Shown piece by piece: positions 25,149 through 37,819 of a stretch of 64,000 nucleotides of DNA. The first letter of the stretch is position 1. Each line of letters begins with the position of its first letter. The position numbers were made by a program, and so were the translations under genes. The DNA is from Macrostomum lignano (Eukaryota), in the NCBI GenBank assembly GCA_002269645.1, contig NIVC01002300.1, positions 1 through 64,000 of the forward strand, in the 5' to 3' direction. The notes under the pieces were generated by a model. The model did not search any database, was not told the origin of the DNA, and saw only the letters and a program-made list of their open reading frames with translations.

Positions 25149-27980
25149 CATACATGCCCAACCTCAAAATTTCACCCGTCCAGTGCGACTTAGTTTTGTC
25201 CAGATTTGCGACTTACCTATGCGCCACCACACTGAAAGACTGGGGGAGGGGGGGGGGTAGCACGCGTTGCGTGCTTGTGCTTATTGAAAAATGGAAGTAC
25301 CTCATTTCTCTTCTCTTTTCCTACCTTCACTCTCTTTCCCGATTGATTTATCATTTACTTATTCACTTATGCAGTACTAAACTGCATTGTAGCCTGTACC
25401 CTGTAGGCTATACTGTACTGTATGTCTGGCAAACTAACTTGTATATATACATTTGTATATATATATATATATATATATAGGTGTACATTCTTTGAGTCAT
25501 TATATACTTCACTTAAAGATAGACCTGCACCTGACTATGTATTGAATCTTGCACATAAATGGGATGAAAATGGTCATGAAGACTATTCCATCAACTAGTG
25601 TCCCCTTTCTGCAGTTAAAGAGCGAAAGCCATTGCTCTTTACACGATGGAAACTTGGTCATGTAACTCCTGGAGAAGTTAATGATTGTTGTGGTATGCAT
25701 TGGATATTAGAAGAAAATTTACCAGCAATCTTACGTGCAGCCTGGGGGATCAGGTAATGGTGCAGCTGCAGCACATTCAAGGGAACTAAAAGCACCACCA
25801 TCCCAATGTTCAGCAAGCTCACACAGAGAGGGACTGTTAATGGCAGTGCAAAATCCAGAGGTTATTGCTTTTAACAGAGATCTATATATGCAGAATGCAA
25901 AAAAATTGAAATTCATGGTGCAGATGCAACAACATTATTCTTCTCGAGTAATGTCAGCTGAGAAGCTGTTTTTGAAATAAAGAAGAAACTAGAAGTCTTG
26001 AGACAGAATTTGTACCATGGCGCATTGCTCATGCTGAATCTATTGCTATAGAATCTTGCCTATCAACTGATGCTGGTACTGAAGCGCGGATCCAACCACA
26101 ACACAGCCATTCATTTGGACTCAGATTCGGAGACTGAGACTGATGGCCGAAGAAGTGAGAGTCCTCCAAGAAAAAGATATATTTTTAGTTTATCAAAAGG
26201 GATTTTGATAAAATTCAGTCTCATGAAGAGATTTTGATGAAGTTCAGTTTTATGGAGAGATTTTGATAAAGTTCATTTTTACAGAGAGGATTTCAATGGA
26301 TTTGGCACATTAAATGAGTCAGAGAAGAGAAAGTATAGAGAAGAGTAAACAAAAAAGGAGAGAGAAGAGAAGAGGAGAGTGGAGATGAGAGGGGAGTTAT
26401 GAGATAGCAGAGAGGAGACAGGAGAGATAAGAGAAGAAAGGAGGGATAAAAGCATACAGCTGAAATAAAAGAGAGGAGAGAGATGAAAGATCAGAGATGA
26501 TAGAGTTAAGAGAAGAAAGTAGTGAGGAGAAAGAAAGTGGGTAAAGATAAGAGTGCAGAGAGGACAGATGAAAGATGCGATGAGAAAATATATGATTGAG
26601 AAAATAAGAGAGAGAAGAGATAAGAGATTAGAGAAGAGAAGAGACAAAGGGGAGAAGATAGAATCGAGATGGTAGAAAGGAAGCAAGAAAGATGGGAGAT
26701 AAGAAAGGAGAGGGTATAGGAGATATGATAAACAAGAGCAGAGAGGAGAGAGAAAAGAGAAGAGAGAAGGTATAGGAGAGACGATAGATAAGTGAGTAGA
26801 GATGAGATATAAGAGAGGAGAGAAGAGGGGAGAAATAAGAGAGAAGAGAGGAGACAGGAGGCAGGATAGGGTACAGACGAAACACGAGGGAGAAGAGATA
26901 AATGAAGAGGGAGAGTAATAATAGAGAGAGTAACAGCGAGAATGCAGGGAGGAGACATGAAAGTCTGAGTCTGGACAATGGAAGTCAGTTTATGCAAACA
27001 GGGAAAACAAAATATGGTATTTGAAAGGCTTTACAGAGGATTTTAAGACGATTTAGAATATGGGATTCAAGACTACTTAGTTCTCTCGATTGCGACTTAG
27101 TTCCTCTCGATTGCACTTAGTTCCTCTCGATTGTGACTTAGTTCCTCTCGATTGCACTTTAGTTCCTCCCAATTGCAACTTAGTTCCTCCTGATTGCGAC
27201 TTAGTTCCTCCTGATTGCAACTTAGTTCTTCCTGATTGCAACTTAGTTTCTCCCGATTGCAACTTAGTTCCTCCCGATTGTGACTTAGTTCCTCCTGATT
27301 GCGACTTAGTTCTTCCTGATTGCAACTTAGTTTCTCCCAATTGCAACTTAGTTCCTCCTGATTGCAACTTAGTTCCTCCCGATTGTGACTTAGTTCCTCC
27401 TGATTGCAACTTAGTTCTTCCTGATTGCGACTTAGTTTCTCCCAATTGTGACTTAGTTCCTCCCAATTGCGACTTAGTTCCTCCTGATTGCGACTTAGTT
27501 CCTCCTGATTGCAACTTAGTTCTTCCTGATTGCGACTTAGTTTCTCCCGATTGCGACTTAGTTCCTCCCGATTGTGACTTAGTTGCTCTTGATTGCGACT
27601 TAGTTCCTCTCGATTGCAACTTAGTTCCTCCTGATTGCGACTTAGTTCCTCCTGATTGCAACTTAGTTCCTCTCGATTGCAACTTAGTTCCTCCCGATTG
27701 CAACTTAGTTCCTCTCGATTGCGACTTAGTTCCTCCTAATTGCGACTTAATTTTCACTTTGTATATGACTTTTCTTGCCTTTTTCTCTTTTCTTTTCTTT
27801 TTTTTCTTTCTCCTCTTTCCCCTCTCTCTTCTCCCTCCTTTCTTTTCCCTTTCTCTTCCTCTCCTTTCTTTCTTCTCCCAATTTTTTGGTTTTTGCATTT
27901 TCGATTTTGCGACTTACCTTGGCCAGCGGCCATTTCACCTGTCCAGTTTGGACAGGTCGGATGGGTGTTGGGCATGTATG
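25149..27980. mobile_element. Non-autonomous hAT-type DNA transposon, 2832 bp
   Basis: 14-bp TIR CATACATGCCCAAC / GTTGGGCATGTATG and 8-bp TSD AGTGTGGC (25141-25148 and 27981-27988). Subterminal GCGACTTA motifs; internal GA-rich tract 26280-26990. Confidence 0.9.
27078..27750. repeat. 21-bp minisatellite, ~32 copies, inside the hAT element
   Basis: Unit GATTGCGACTTAGTTCCTCCC with variants. Confidence 0.95.
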
Positions 27981-28831
27981 AGTGTGGCATAGATTTTTAG
28001 GGGAATTTTTATTCCGGCGTATACCATGACATGATCCTGACTATGGGTCTGGCCCAGACAGGGTGGGGCCGTGGCGAGAGATAAGGAGAGACAAGCAAGA
28101 GAGAGAAGCAAGAGCGCGAAGGAGGGAGAGAAGAGAAAGAGAGAAAGAGTGTGAAAACCCCCAGCCAGCTGCTAGGCGGGGTTAGGGCCTAATAAAGGAG
28201 CGCAGGAGGTTTAGCATAATATATGTGAAGAGTTTTCATTGGCTGGCAAGGGAAAAGCAAGAACTGAAATTATTGATTGCGCAAGACCCTACAGACGTAC
28301 GTAAAGATTACAATGTACGCAATGATTAGCAATTGATACAGATTCGTTGGGTGCTACTACAAGTAAACGTGAGAATATACAATTAGAGAATATTAAATGA
28401 GAAATTGTAGTGAAATTGTAGTCCAATGGCCTTTTTGTGGGACCACCTTAAACTGGCAACATCATAATAAGAATAACTTATAAGCCTAATATGTCATTAT
28501 AATGTTTAGCATTTTATTTTTTTAAGGCTTTCTTTTATTATTTAAAAAAACCTAATTTACATTTATAATATTATCCAAAATGTCAATAGGCCCTAGCCAA
28601 AACCTTTGTAATAGGTCCTAGTGCTTATAAAAGTTAGGCCTAGCTTTAGGTTTAAGCTTTAAAAATGCATGCATAAAGGGATTGTTAACTTGCTAAGGAA
28701 TATGTGCTAGGGGTAACTTCTGTCCCTACAAATGATTCCCTAGCTGTCACTAAGTTGTTACAGGGTTTGACTTCTGTCTTTATAAATTGTTCTAATGTTG
28801 GTAGCTGCCACCAAGACTATTCTAGTATTAA

Positions 28832-29019
28832 CAGGGGCGTAGCCAGGAATTTCCTACGGGGGGGGGATACACCAAGGTGAATTTCCTACGGGGGGGATAC
28901 ACCAAGGTAAAAGTGCTCACATGGTTGCATGTATAGCAAAAAAGGGCAACAAAAAAGTTTTGGTCAGGCTCTTCGGGTGGGGATACATCCCCCCTGATCC
29001 CCCCCTCCCTACGCCACTG
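28832..29019. mobile_element. hAT-type MITE, 188 bp
   Basis: TIR CAGGGGCGTAG / CTACGCCACTG and 8-bp TSD AGTATTAA (28824-28831 and 29020-29027). Confidence 0.9.
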
Positions 29020-30109
29020 AGTATTAATAAATTATAAGTTTATTAATCTTAGAATAAGTTTAAGAATGTTTCTTAGAATATGTCTGAGTATATTATTCAG
29101 TCGTTTTAATTATTTCTTTTCTATTATTCTGGTAGTGTTTACAATTTCTAAGTCGTGGGCATTACCAAGATCAAAGGGTCACAGCCTCTGGTTATTTCGT
29201 ATATATAGATCTAGATCTACTTCATAATTCTCTTACTACTCAATACTTTCCTTCTTAGTAGTATATACGGTACACATTTCTGTCTACTTCACTCTTACTT
29301 CAGCAAATGAAAAACTCAGAAAACACTTCAATATTTACTTGAAACACTTCTTAACTATGTTACTGTTTAAGCTGCAAGAGCGAGTTGTGAAATGAGACCA
29401 AATTGGTTGCTCCTCTCTCAGCAAAATTGGCTTCTATTTATACCAATTTTTAGGTCTAGTTTTATCAAAAAATAAATTGTTAAAATATTTTGGAAAATAC
29501 AAATAGTAAAACAAAATGTCATTCTTAGTTTTAGTGCAAGTTTGAAATGCGTACTAGCAATTGAATTTTTTACATAAGACAAGAAGGGCCTTCCTCAAAT
29601 ATATATTTTTTATTTTTTGCTAGGTTCCCTATTGAATAAATGTTGAAAACCCACGGATGTGCACTTTAGAAAAGAGTCAAAATTTTTACCATGCTTTAGG
29701 ATTATTAGACTTAAAGATATTCCGTTTCATCAAAATAAAAATTTGCTAACTTTCTAAAATTAAAATCAAATTTTCCAAAATCAAAATTCAGAAAAACAAA
29801 GTTTAGTATGACCAACACTCACTTTTTTACTTTCAATTCACTGCTTATGCAAAACAAAATACATGTATATATAGCAGATATTAGTTTATTTTTAAAGACT
29901 TTTTAGACATTTCCAAAATTTTGACTTCTAAATTTTTTCAAAATTAAAATTTGGATTTTTAAATTCACATTTTCAGAACTTCTGTAAGATTTATAAATTA
30001 TAAGTGTATTGGCCCCTTCCACAGAGGTATTATACCCCTTTCCATGTATATGTATTTGCTAGAACAGCAGCCAGTAAGAAAGGGCAGCATATGCATAGGC
30101 GCTGCATAC

Positions 30110-33100
30110 TAGGGGTGTTCGGGTTGGCCATTTTTTTGGGGTTCAGGGTTTACCCCGAACCCGGTACCCCTACCCCCGAACCCCGTCCCGAACATTTCTT
30201 CCAACCCCGAACCCCAAACCCGATACCAAAACCCGACCCAACCCCAAATGTAACCCCGAACATTTTTACGATTATTTTGGTCAATCATTTTAATAAATTA
30301 ATAAACTTTTTCCACCGATAAAGGTACAATATTCATTTGTACTTCACTTCAATTGTAAGCCTTTTGGGCGCGACGTTAGCTCATGAATGACTTGGGACAA
30401 ACACAGGTTTATATTTGTTGTATAAGTGTAAATTATATTCCACAATTCCAATCCTTCAGCTTCAGGAAATCCTATATACTAAAAATGAGTTGTTTGTTTG
30501 TACGCAATCGATTAGAGAAAAAATGGCTGGACCGATTTTCTTCGAACTTGCACTGTTCGATCAGAAATTTTCCTGGGACGGTACATGCATCTTGGCTAAG
30601 AAATTGCTCCATGTTAAAGCGATTAAATATTCGAAAAACATGCTTTTTTGCAAAGGTCAAGCAAACTTTTCGACTTGAAATGCATTGTAAGAATGCTAGA
30701 GAAAAAACTGACTGGTTGAATTCTGATTCTGAAATGGATTACATCATAACTGAATTGTAACTCCGACTTGAATTGCGTCACAGTATTGAAAATGCAGTGT
30801 GGAAGCGTAGCACCAGACTTGATTTAGATTGCGCAACAATATTGTTAACTGATACTGACTGACTGAGAAATTGATTATGTAATAACTGCCTCGTGTGATT
30901 TACTCTATGCTTGGAGTTTTGAAACTTATAATTATAAGTGCTGAATTCATGTTATCAAAACGATGAGAGCTAGCCTAGAGGTAAACAGACTGAACTGCTA
31001 AATGCAGAAACGATGGTTCGAATTTTTAGAGAGTAGAGTTTTTTTAATTAAAGCTCTTTAACGCCAAGAAAACTAAAAAAATCATAAAAGCGTCATGTAA
31101 AAAATCATAGAAGCGTCATGTAAAAAATCGTGGAAGTGTCATGTAAAAAATCGTGGAAGCATCATGTAAAAAGCATAGAAGCGTCATGTAAAAAATCATA
31201 GAAGCGTCATGTAAACAATCATAGAAGCGTCATGCAAACAATCATAGAAGCGTCATGTAAACAATCATAGAAGCGTCATGTAAACAATCATAGAAGCATC
31301 GTGTAAACAATCATAGAAGCGTCATGTAAACAATCATAGAAGCGTCATGCAAACAATCATAGAAGCGTCATGTAAACAATCATAGAAGCGTCATGTAAAC
31401 AATCATAAAAGCATCGTGTAAACAATCATAGAAGCGTCATGTAAAATATCGTAAGAGCGTATTATAAAAATCATAGAAGCGTCATTTAAAAAATCATAGA
31501 GGCGTCATATAAAAATCAAAAAAACGTCATGTAAAAAATCATAGAAGCGTCATGTAAAAATCATAGAGGTGTCATGTAAAAATCATTGAAGCGTCCTGCA
31601 GAAATCGTAGAAGCGTCATGTAAACAATCATAGAAGCGTCATGTAAAAATCATAAAAGCGTTATGCAAACAATCATAGAAGCGTCATTTAAAAAATCATA
31701 GAAGCGTCATTTTAAAAATCATAGAAGCGTCATATAAACAATCATAGAAGCGTCATGTAAACAATCATAGAAGCATCATGAAAAAATCATAGAAGCGTCA
31801 TGTTAAAATCATAGAAGCGTCATGAAAAAATCATAGAAGCGTCATTTAAAAACTAATGAAAGTGTCATTTAAAAAATTAAGAAGCATCATAGTAGAATAA
31901 AAGAAGCGTCATGTCAGACATGAAAGGTATCATGGAAAAATTAAATGCAGCTATAATGCTGTGCTGGGGAGAAAAACTGAGACGTCAAGGCTCTCAGAGA
32001 ATAACTGAGATTACGAGGGGGGGTTTCTGAGATGTCAAAGCAAAAGTCAGAAGCTAATTCAAAGTTCATGTACTTTACTCAATTTTTTTTATTGCATTCT
32101 TTGTTGGCTCGCCACAGGGGGGGGCGCTGATAGAAGAAGAGTCATGTAAAAAATAAAAGTAGCACTATATATACATAAAAGAAAAGTCATGTCGAAGTTA
32201 AAAGATTCATTTGGGAATTGCTACGATGTCAAAGCTAGGTGGAAATCGTTATAGTGCTGTGATTCTTAAAGAAGGAATCACTAAAATGTCAAGGCTTAGG
32301 GGAGAAGAATTGCTAAGATTTCAAGGCTTTATGTTGGGTTAAAGTTAGGTTTAGGTCAGGTGTGGGTTGAGGGTTATATTTTATCGAGTTTCAAGGTTAG
32401 CAGGGGATTTTTCAGATTTCAAGGTTTATGGGCGCCATCGCTGACATGTTAAGGCTTACGGGGGGAATAGCTGAGATGTCAAGGCTCACGGGGGTATAAA
32501 TGAGATTTCAAGGCTAAAGTCAGAAGCTACATGTAGTTTATTGAAAACTTTTTATTACATTATTTGATGCCTCCTCAGGGGAGGGATCGCTGATAAAAAA
32601 AGCGTAATGTAAAAAATAAAAGAAGCTTCATGTCGAAGTTAAGATATTCATTTGGGAATCCCTACAATGTCGAGGCTTGCAGGGAATCGCTATAATGCTG
32701 TAGTAGTGCTATAATGACTCTTAGAGAGAATTACTGAAATTTCAATGCTTTAGGGTTAGGTTAGGGTTAGGGTTAGAAGGTTGACAGATATTTTTAGATT
32801 TCCAAGGCTTATTGGGGGCATGGCTGAGATGTCAAGGGGGGAAGTTGATATGTTAAAGCTTGTGGGGGGAATTACTGACATGTCAAGGCTTACAAGGTTT
32901 GATAGGAGATTTTTTAAGATTTCAAGGATACATGTAGCTTATTAAAAAAACGTGTATTGCATTTCTTTGGCTCCCCAACGGGGGGCGTAGATTGCTAGTT
33001 CAAACTGTGATTGCTAGTTACAATGTTAGTTAATTCGGTCTTTTGTCATTTATTTTCAGTAGATGCTAGATAGTAGACTACATACTGGGCTCATAGACAA

Positions 33101-33778
33101 AGTAAATGAATAATAATAGTAATATTACAAGTCTACAAACATAGAAATTAATCACAAATATATATTTATTTTTACTTTTGACTACAGTTAACAGTAAGTT
33201 AGTAGTGGTATAACAGAATTGCTATGTAAAAACTAAAGTGACATCTTTACATAAAATTGTATGCTGATATGAGCAGGTAATCATTGTGATAATTGATTAT
33301 TGGTGACTGATACGTGGAGAATAATAGTGTATTTATAAATTTTAAGCTTCCTCATCCAATCCAGAAGTTCAGACCATGTTACACGTAGCACATGTAAAAT
33401 TATTACTGAACGTAATTTTTTAAATCATCAACTGCAAGACTGAATGGGTCGAAAAACGACAATCTTTATTTACCAGAAAGTGTAAATGAATCCATGGTTC
33501 CATCTGCTATTTCTGTTTCAAATTGTATGTAAAATATAACTTAAGTTATACCTGAAACTCAATGCATATCTTTCGCATTGTGGATTTTGCATAAGGAGTA
33601 AAAAGTGCTTGAAAATACTCTTGAGAATGGTAATTGTTCAAAACCCCGAAAACCCGGTGGCCAAACCCAACCTGAACCCCAAACCCGGTACCCCTACCCC
33701 AAACCCCAAACCCAACCCGGAACACCTACCCCGAACCCCAAACCCGGTACCAAAACCCAACCCAAAACCTGACCCCTA
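30110..33778. mobile_element. Non-autonomous hAT-type element, 3669 bp
   Basis: Ends TAGGGGT...ACCCCTA with 8-bp TSD CTGCATAC (30102-30109 and 33779-33786). Subterminal CCCGAACCC/AACCCG repeats at both ends. Confidence 0.82.
31075..31915. repeat. ~23-bp minisatellite, ~36 copies, inside the 3.7-kb hAT element
   Basis: Unit AATCATAGAAGCGTCATGTAAAC, degenerate at the edges. Confidence 0.92.
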
Positions 33779-35803
33779 CTGCATACCTATACACACACTG
33801 CACTTTAGAAAAATTTCAAAAGTGCGCCAAATGCCATCTGTGGTTTTACAACTTTTTCCTATAAGGGCTAGGTTAGTAGCTAATAAATGTTTTCAATTTT
33901 TTCTTTCTGTTATAGTAAAAGACAATTTAGCATATTAAAACCACACTCAAATCTATTATATGGTATGCCAGAAAAAATGACCCCCCCCCCCTATACTATA
34001 TATTCAAATTTATGACAGAAAAACAAATTTACTCATGATCTACATGCTGTACATTATCAAAAAAGTGTTATAACAATATAGGACCTTTTTGTTGCAATAA
34101 TAAATGACCTTTTTTGTTGCAATAATAAATGACCTTTTTTGTTGCAACAATATGAAACACTTTCTTGCATTACAACATTTGGTCTTTTATATGATAACAG
34201 CTATGCCATATGCTGGCTCTGCAGCACAATTTTCTAGTAGATTGTTCTGTATGCCAGATACTCTGCCAACTATTTTTTTCAAGTCTGTTATATGCTAGAA
34301 TTTTCTAACATATATATGAAGTATTTGTTGTTGGTGGTTTCTTTCTAGTTTGTCTCGGGTGGCCTAGCCATAGGTCTTGGAATCCCACCGCTGCCACCAT
34401 GAAGTGTTTTTCTATTTCACTTCCCACTCAGTCACTAGAGCTGCCGACCTTGAGCTCTTGGTAGACTCTCCCAGGAAGCCTCCTAGCAGTTCTTAGTAGC
34501 ATTGGTAGTGCTGCCACCAGCTCGCTCGGATCTTGTCCTTCAGTGAGGGAGACTCCGGGCTGAGCGAAATAAACAAGACACGAGAACTCAGCACGCCATG
34601 CAGATTTGACAGTTTGTACCGGTGCACACCTCGTCAGCGATCCTGCCAGGCTCAAGTGCGGGGACGAGAAGCTGTGCTAGTTTCTGTTAGTACTGTCGGG
34701 AGTTTCACACTCACTCACAGGCACACAGCCAAAGATAGATCAGAAGTCAGGTAAGTTGGCTGAGGCCTAGCGCAAGCTGCGCTGGACTTTCAAGAGAGCA
34801 GTTATCAGAGTGCTAGCAGAAAGAAGGATTAACAGAAGGGTTGACAGAAAGGGGGGGGGGTTGCCAAACAGAGGCACGAGAAGCCTGTACTTATAGGATA
34901 GTGGGTCAATTTCACCATACAGTGAAAGCCTCCCCATTGCGCCAGAGTACGCAAGGCTGCTCTCACTGCCCCCCCCCAATCTGGCATGATTCAGTTCTAT
35001 TTTTAGAAACAGGCACGGAACCCTCAATTTGAGAGGCAAGGATGCCATTCCTAATTTAGAGCCTGACACCTGAGATTGCACAAGGGAGCGCAAAAGGACA
35101 GAGCGCCTAAGGCATGTGATCCGCTTCCGTACAGCCAGACAGAGAGAGTACAGCCAGAACTGGCTGGACTCGAGCCAAGAGAACGCAGCCACACAAAAAG
35201 GGGGGGATGGAGACTGACAAAGAATGAAACAAGGACAGGCTGAGCGGAGAAGCTCAGACATAGGGAACACAAACAAACCGGAAAAATGGGGAAAAAGGGG
35301 GAACACAGGCAGACAAAAGGACAACGGGGAAGGAGAGGGAGATAGGAAGAGGGAGAGAGGGAGAGCTGAGGCCAGCGGCAGCCAGCAACTCAGAAGGGCG
35401 CAGGGCACAGCTGACAAAGGGGGCACCTAACACTAAACTAATGTTCACTTCATATATAAGATTCGAGAGTGGGACATTAAAAACCATAGCATAGAGGGCC
35501 TAGTCTGTTTCATACTTAGAGCTACATCAAAAGAAAATTGATGAGATATTGTCATTTATATTAGACCTATGCTAGGCTTAGACCATTATATAGGTATCTA
35601 ATCTAAATATACTAAATCTCTTATAATATACTAAATCTGAAAATTTAATTGACTATGGGGGTCAATGTCTCTAATAGTGACAAATATAATCCACTTTAAT
35701 AATAGCCACTTTGGTAACTACCTTTTTGGTAACAAAAAAGACAACTTCGGTAATTCTTTTGGAATTTGGAGCATATCAATCAATATATACTATTATTCTC
35801 ACT

Positions 35804-36101
35804 CATATATGCGCAACAGTCGGCCGAGTCGGCCGATCCGGCCGACCGATTTGGCGGCCAATCAAGGAAGTCGCAAAAATGCCCACCCAAAAAAATACCA
35901 AAGTAGTAGTACTAAGTAGATGACGAGGCATTTTTACTTAATAAGACAGTCATAGTTACTTCTGCCGTTTACCCAAAGTTGCGTTGATTTTGCTTTAGGG
36001 TTTTTTTACATGCAAGTCGCATTTTTGGCCAAAAACTACGTCACATTTTTGTTAAAACTAAGTCGTATGGCCGACCGAATTTTGGAGGTTGCGCATGTAT
36101 G
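35804..36101. mobile_element. hAT-type MITE copy A (298 bp) carrying a 28S rDNA fragment
   Basis: TIR CATATATGCGCAAC / GTTGCGCATGTATG and 8-bp TSD TTCTCACT (35796-35803 and 36102-36109). Reverse-complement relative of 37521-37819. Confidence 0.92.
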
Positions 36102-36190
36102 TTCTCACTTGTTACTGAAATAGACTTTTACCAAAAGTGACTAGGTCTTCTATACTTCTAAACATGATGGTCATGTCCATAATATAAAAT

Positions 36191-36855
36191 TAGTGTTCCG
36201 CCGTAAGGAGGGTGCATGTACCATAGCCGTAGCCGTAAGCAAAACTATAGCTTATTCCAATTCTCCATATTCTGTAGCTGTAGGGACCCCGAAATTACCA
36301 TAGTCCCGTAGTTCCTGTAGCCATAGCCATAGTTTTAACAAAAAGTCTAAAAAACAAAATATTTTGAATCAAAAAGATAACCTAGTGCTTAAACAACAGC
36401 AAATTAAATTAGAAAATATAAGAAACACTTAATTGTCTTTGTAAGATTATATTTTGTCTTTTTTCGAGCAACAATACTTAATTGTTATTGAAAGTACTAA
36501 CGCTAAAGTTTTTCACATTCTGTACAAACTTTTAAACAAAGTTTTTCAATTGGAGTTTGCTAGTGTTTTATTGTACTTTTTTAGGTATATTTTATAAGTT
36601 TCTAGGTTGATAATACAGTTTACTAAAAGTATCTTTTTTTTTACTCTACCTGTTTCTAATATTTTTTCAATTTTTAACATTAATAACCATGGCTATGGGA
36701 ATCTACAGAATGAGACAGCAACTACCATATTTCCGTAGTCATAGCTGTAAGAGCAGCTAGCTACTGTAGGCGTATCCATAGCTGCCGTAGGCACTTATTT
36801 TACCATACTTGCCGTAGGATCCTGTAGCCATAGCTACAGCTATGGCAGAACACTA
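36191..36855. mobile_element. hAT-type MITE, 665 bp
   Basis: TIR TAGTGTTCCGCC / GGCAGAACACTA and 8-bp TSD TATAAAAT (36183-36190 and 36856-36863). Subterminal CCGTAG/CCATAG/CTGTAG repeats. Confidence 0.87.
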
Positions 36856-37520
36856 TATAAAATGTTTTATTTTAAAAGCAGTGTAACCATGTCTATCATG
36901 TCAATGAAGCCTATGTAGTGTTAGCTTTTGTGTTATTAATATTTAATAGGTTTATACTTAGAGATACAAATGGTGGCTTAATGGTGGTGTTGCTAATATA
37001 GAATCCATTTGCACAGTAGCTATCTCTATTAGAAAAATGTAGAGCCATAATACATAAGTGCATGAAAAAAATGAGTATATGAGTACTAGTACATGAATTT
37101 TTTTGAAAGTAGAGACTCCAGTTAGATTTTGAAGGAAATTATTTTTTAGTATTTTTATCTTATTTAATAAATCTCATTTGCCTAAATAAAAAGGGTTTTA
37201 AAAATTGGTCAGAAAAATTATAAAACTTTTTGTTATTTTAAATTTGCAACATTTTTAAAATGCATTTGCCTATTCGGCACTGTTGCACTATGATCATCTA
37301 ATATACTAAAAAATGGTTTGTTTGTCTGACTATCTACATGTAGGTATGTGATTGTTTTTGCTTTATTACTTGAGATTTTTATTAATATTTTGGATATAAC
37401 TTTTTTACTTAATGAATCTCTTTGCTTAATATCATTTTTAGCTTTTTTATCCCTTATTTATTGCTAAAATACTAAATCTAATATAGCCAGAATTGTCAAA
37501 ACCTTTACAATCAACTTAAA

Positions 37521-37819
37521 CATACATTCGCAACCTTCAAATTTCGGTCGGCCATGCGACTTAGTTTTAACAAAAATGCGACGTAGTTTTTGGCCAAAAA
37601 TGCGACTTACATGTAAAAAAAACCCGAAAGCAAAATTAACGCAACTTTGGGTAAACGGCAGGAGTAACTATGACTGTCTTATAAAGCCAAAATGCCTCGT
37701 CAGCTACTTAGTACTACTACTCGGTGGTTTTTTCGGGTTGGCATTTTTGCGACTTCCTTGGTTGGCCGCCAAATCGATCGGCCGGATCGGCCGACTCGGC
37801 CGACTGTTGCGCATGTATG
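37521..37819. mobile_element. hAT-type MITE copy B (299 bp) carrying a 28S rDNA fragment
   Basis: TIR CATACATTCGCAAC / GTTGCGCATGTATG and 8-bp TSD AACTTAAA (37513-37520 and 37820-37827). Confidence 0.92.

Noticed and set aside
27077-27992. Long ORFs on both strands (273-300 aa)
   Set aside because: They are translations of the stop-free 21-bp array, not genes.
24640-28025. Older element with repeated TGGCGTA motifs, split by the 2.8-kb hAT
   Set aside because: Termini and TSD could not be defined.
32751-32776. Telomere or interstitial telomeric site
   Set aside because: Only about four imperfect TTAGGG units inside a transposon; too short to interpret.
34300-35432. Possible solo LTR (ends CCTAACA, internal GTAAGT donor, GA-rich tract)
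   Set aside because: No matching TG start with a TSD could be found and there is no second copy in the window.
37649-37712. rRNA gene
   Set aside because: Only a 64-bp diverged 28S fragment inside a MITE. Reported as a finding, not as an rRNA gene.
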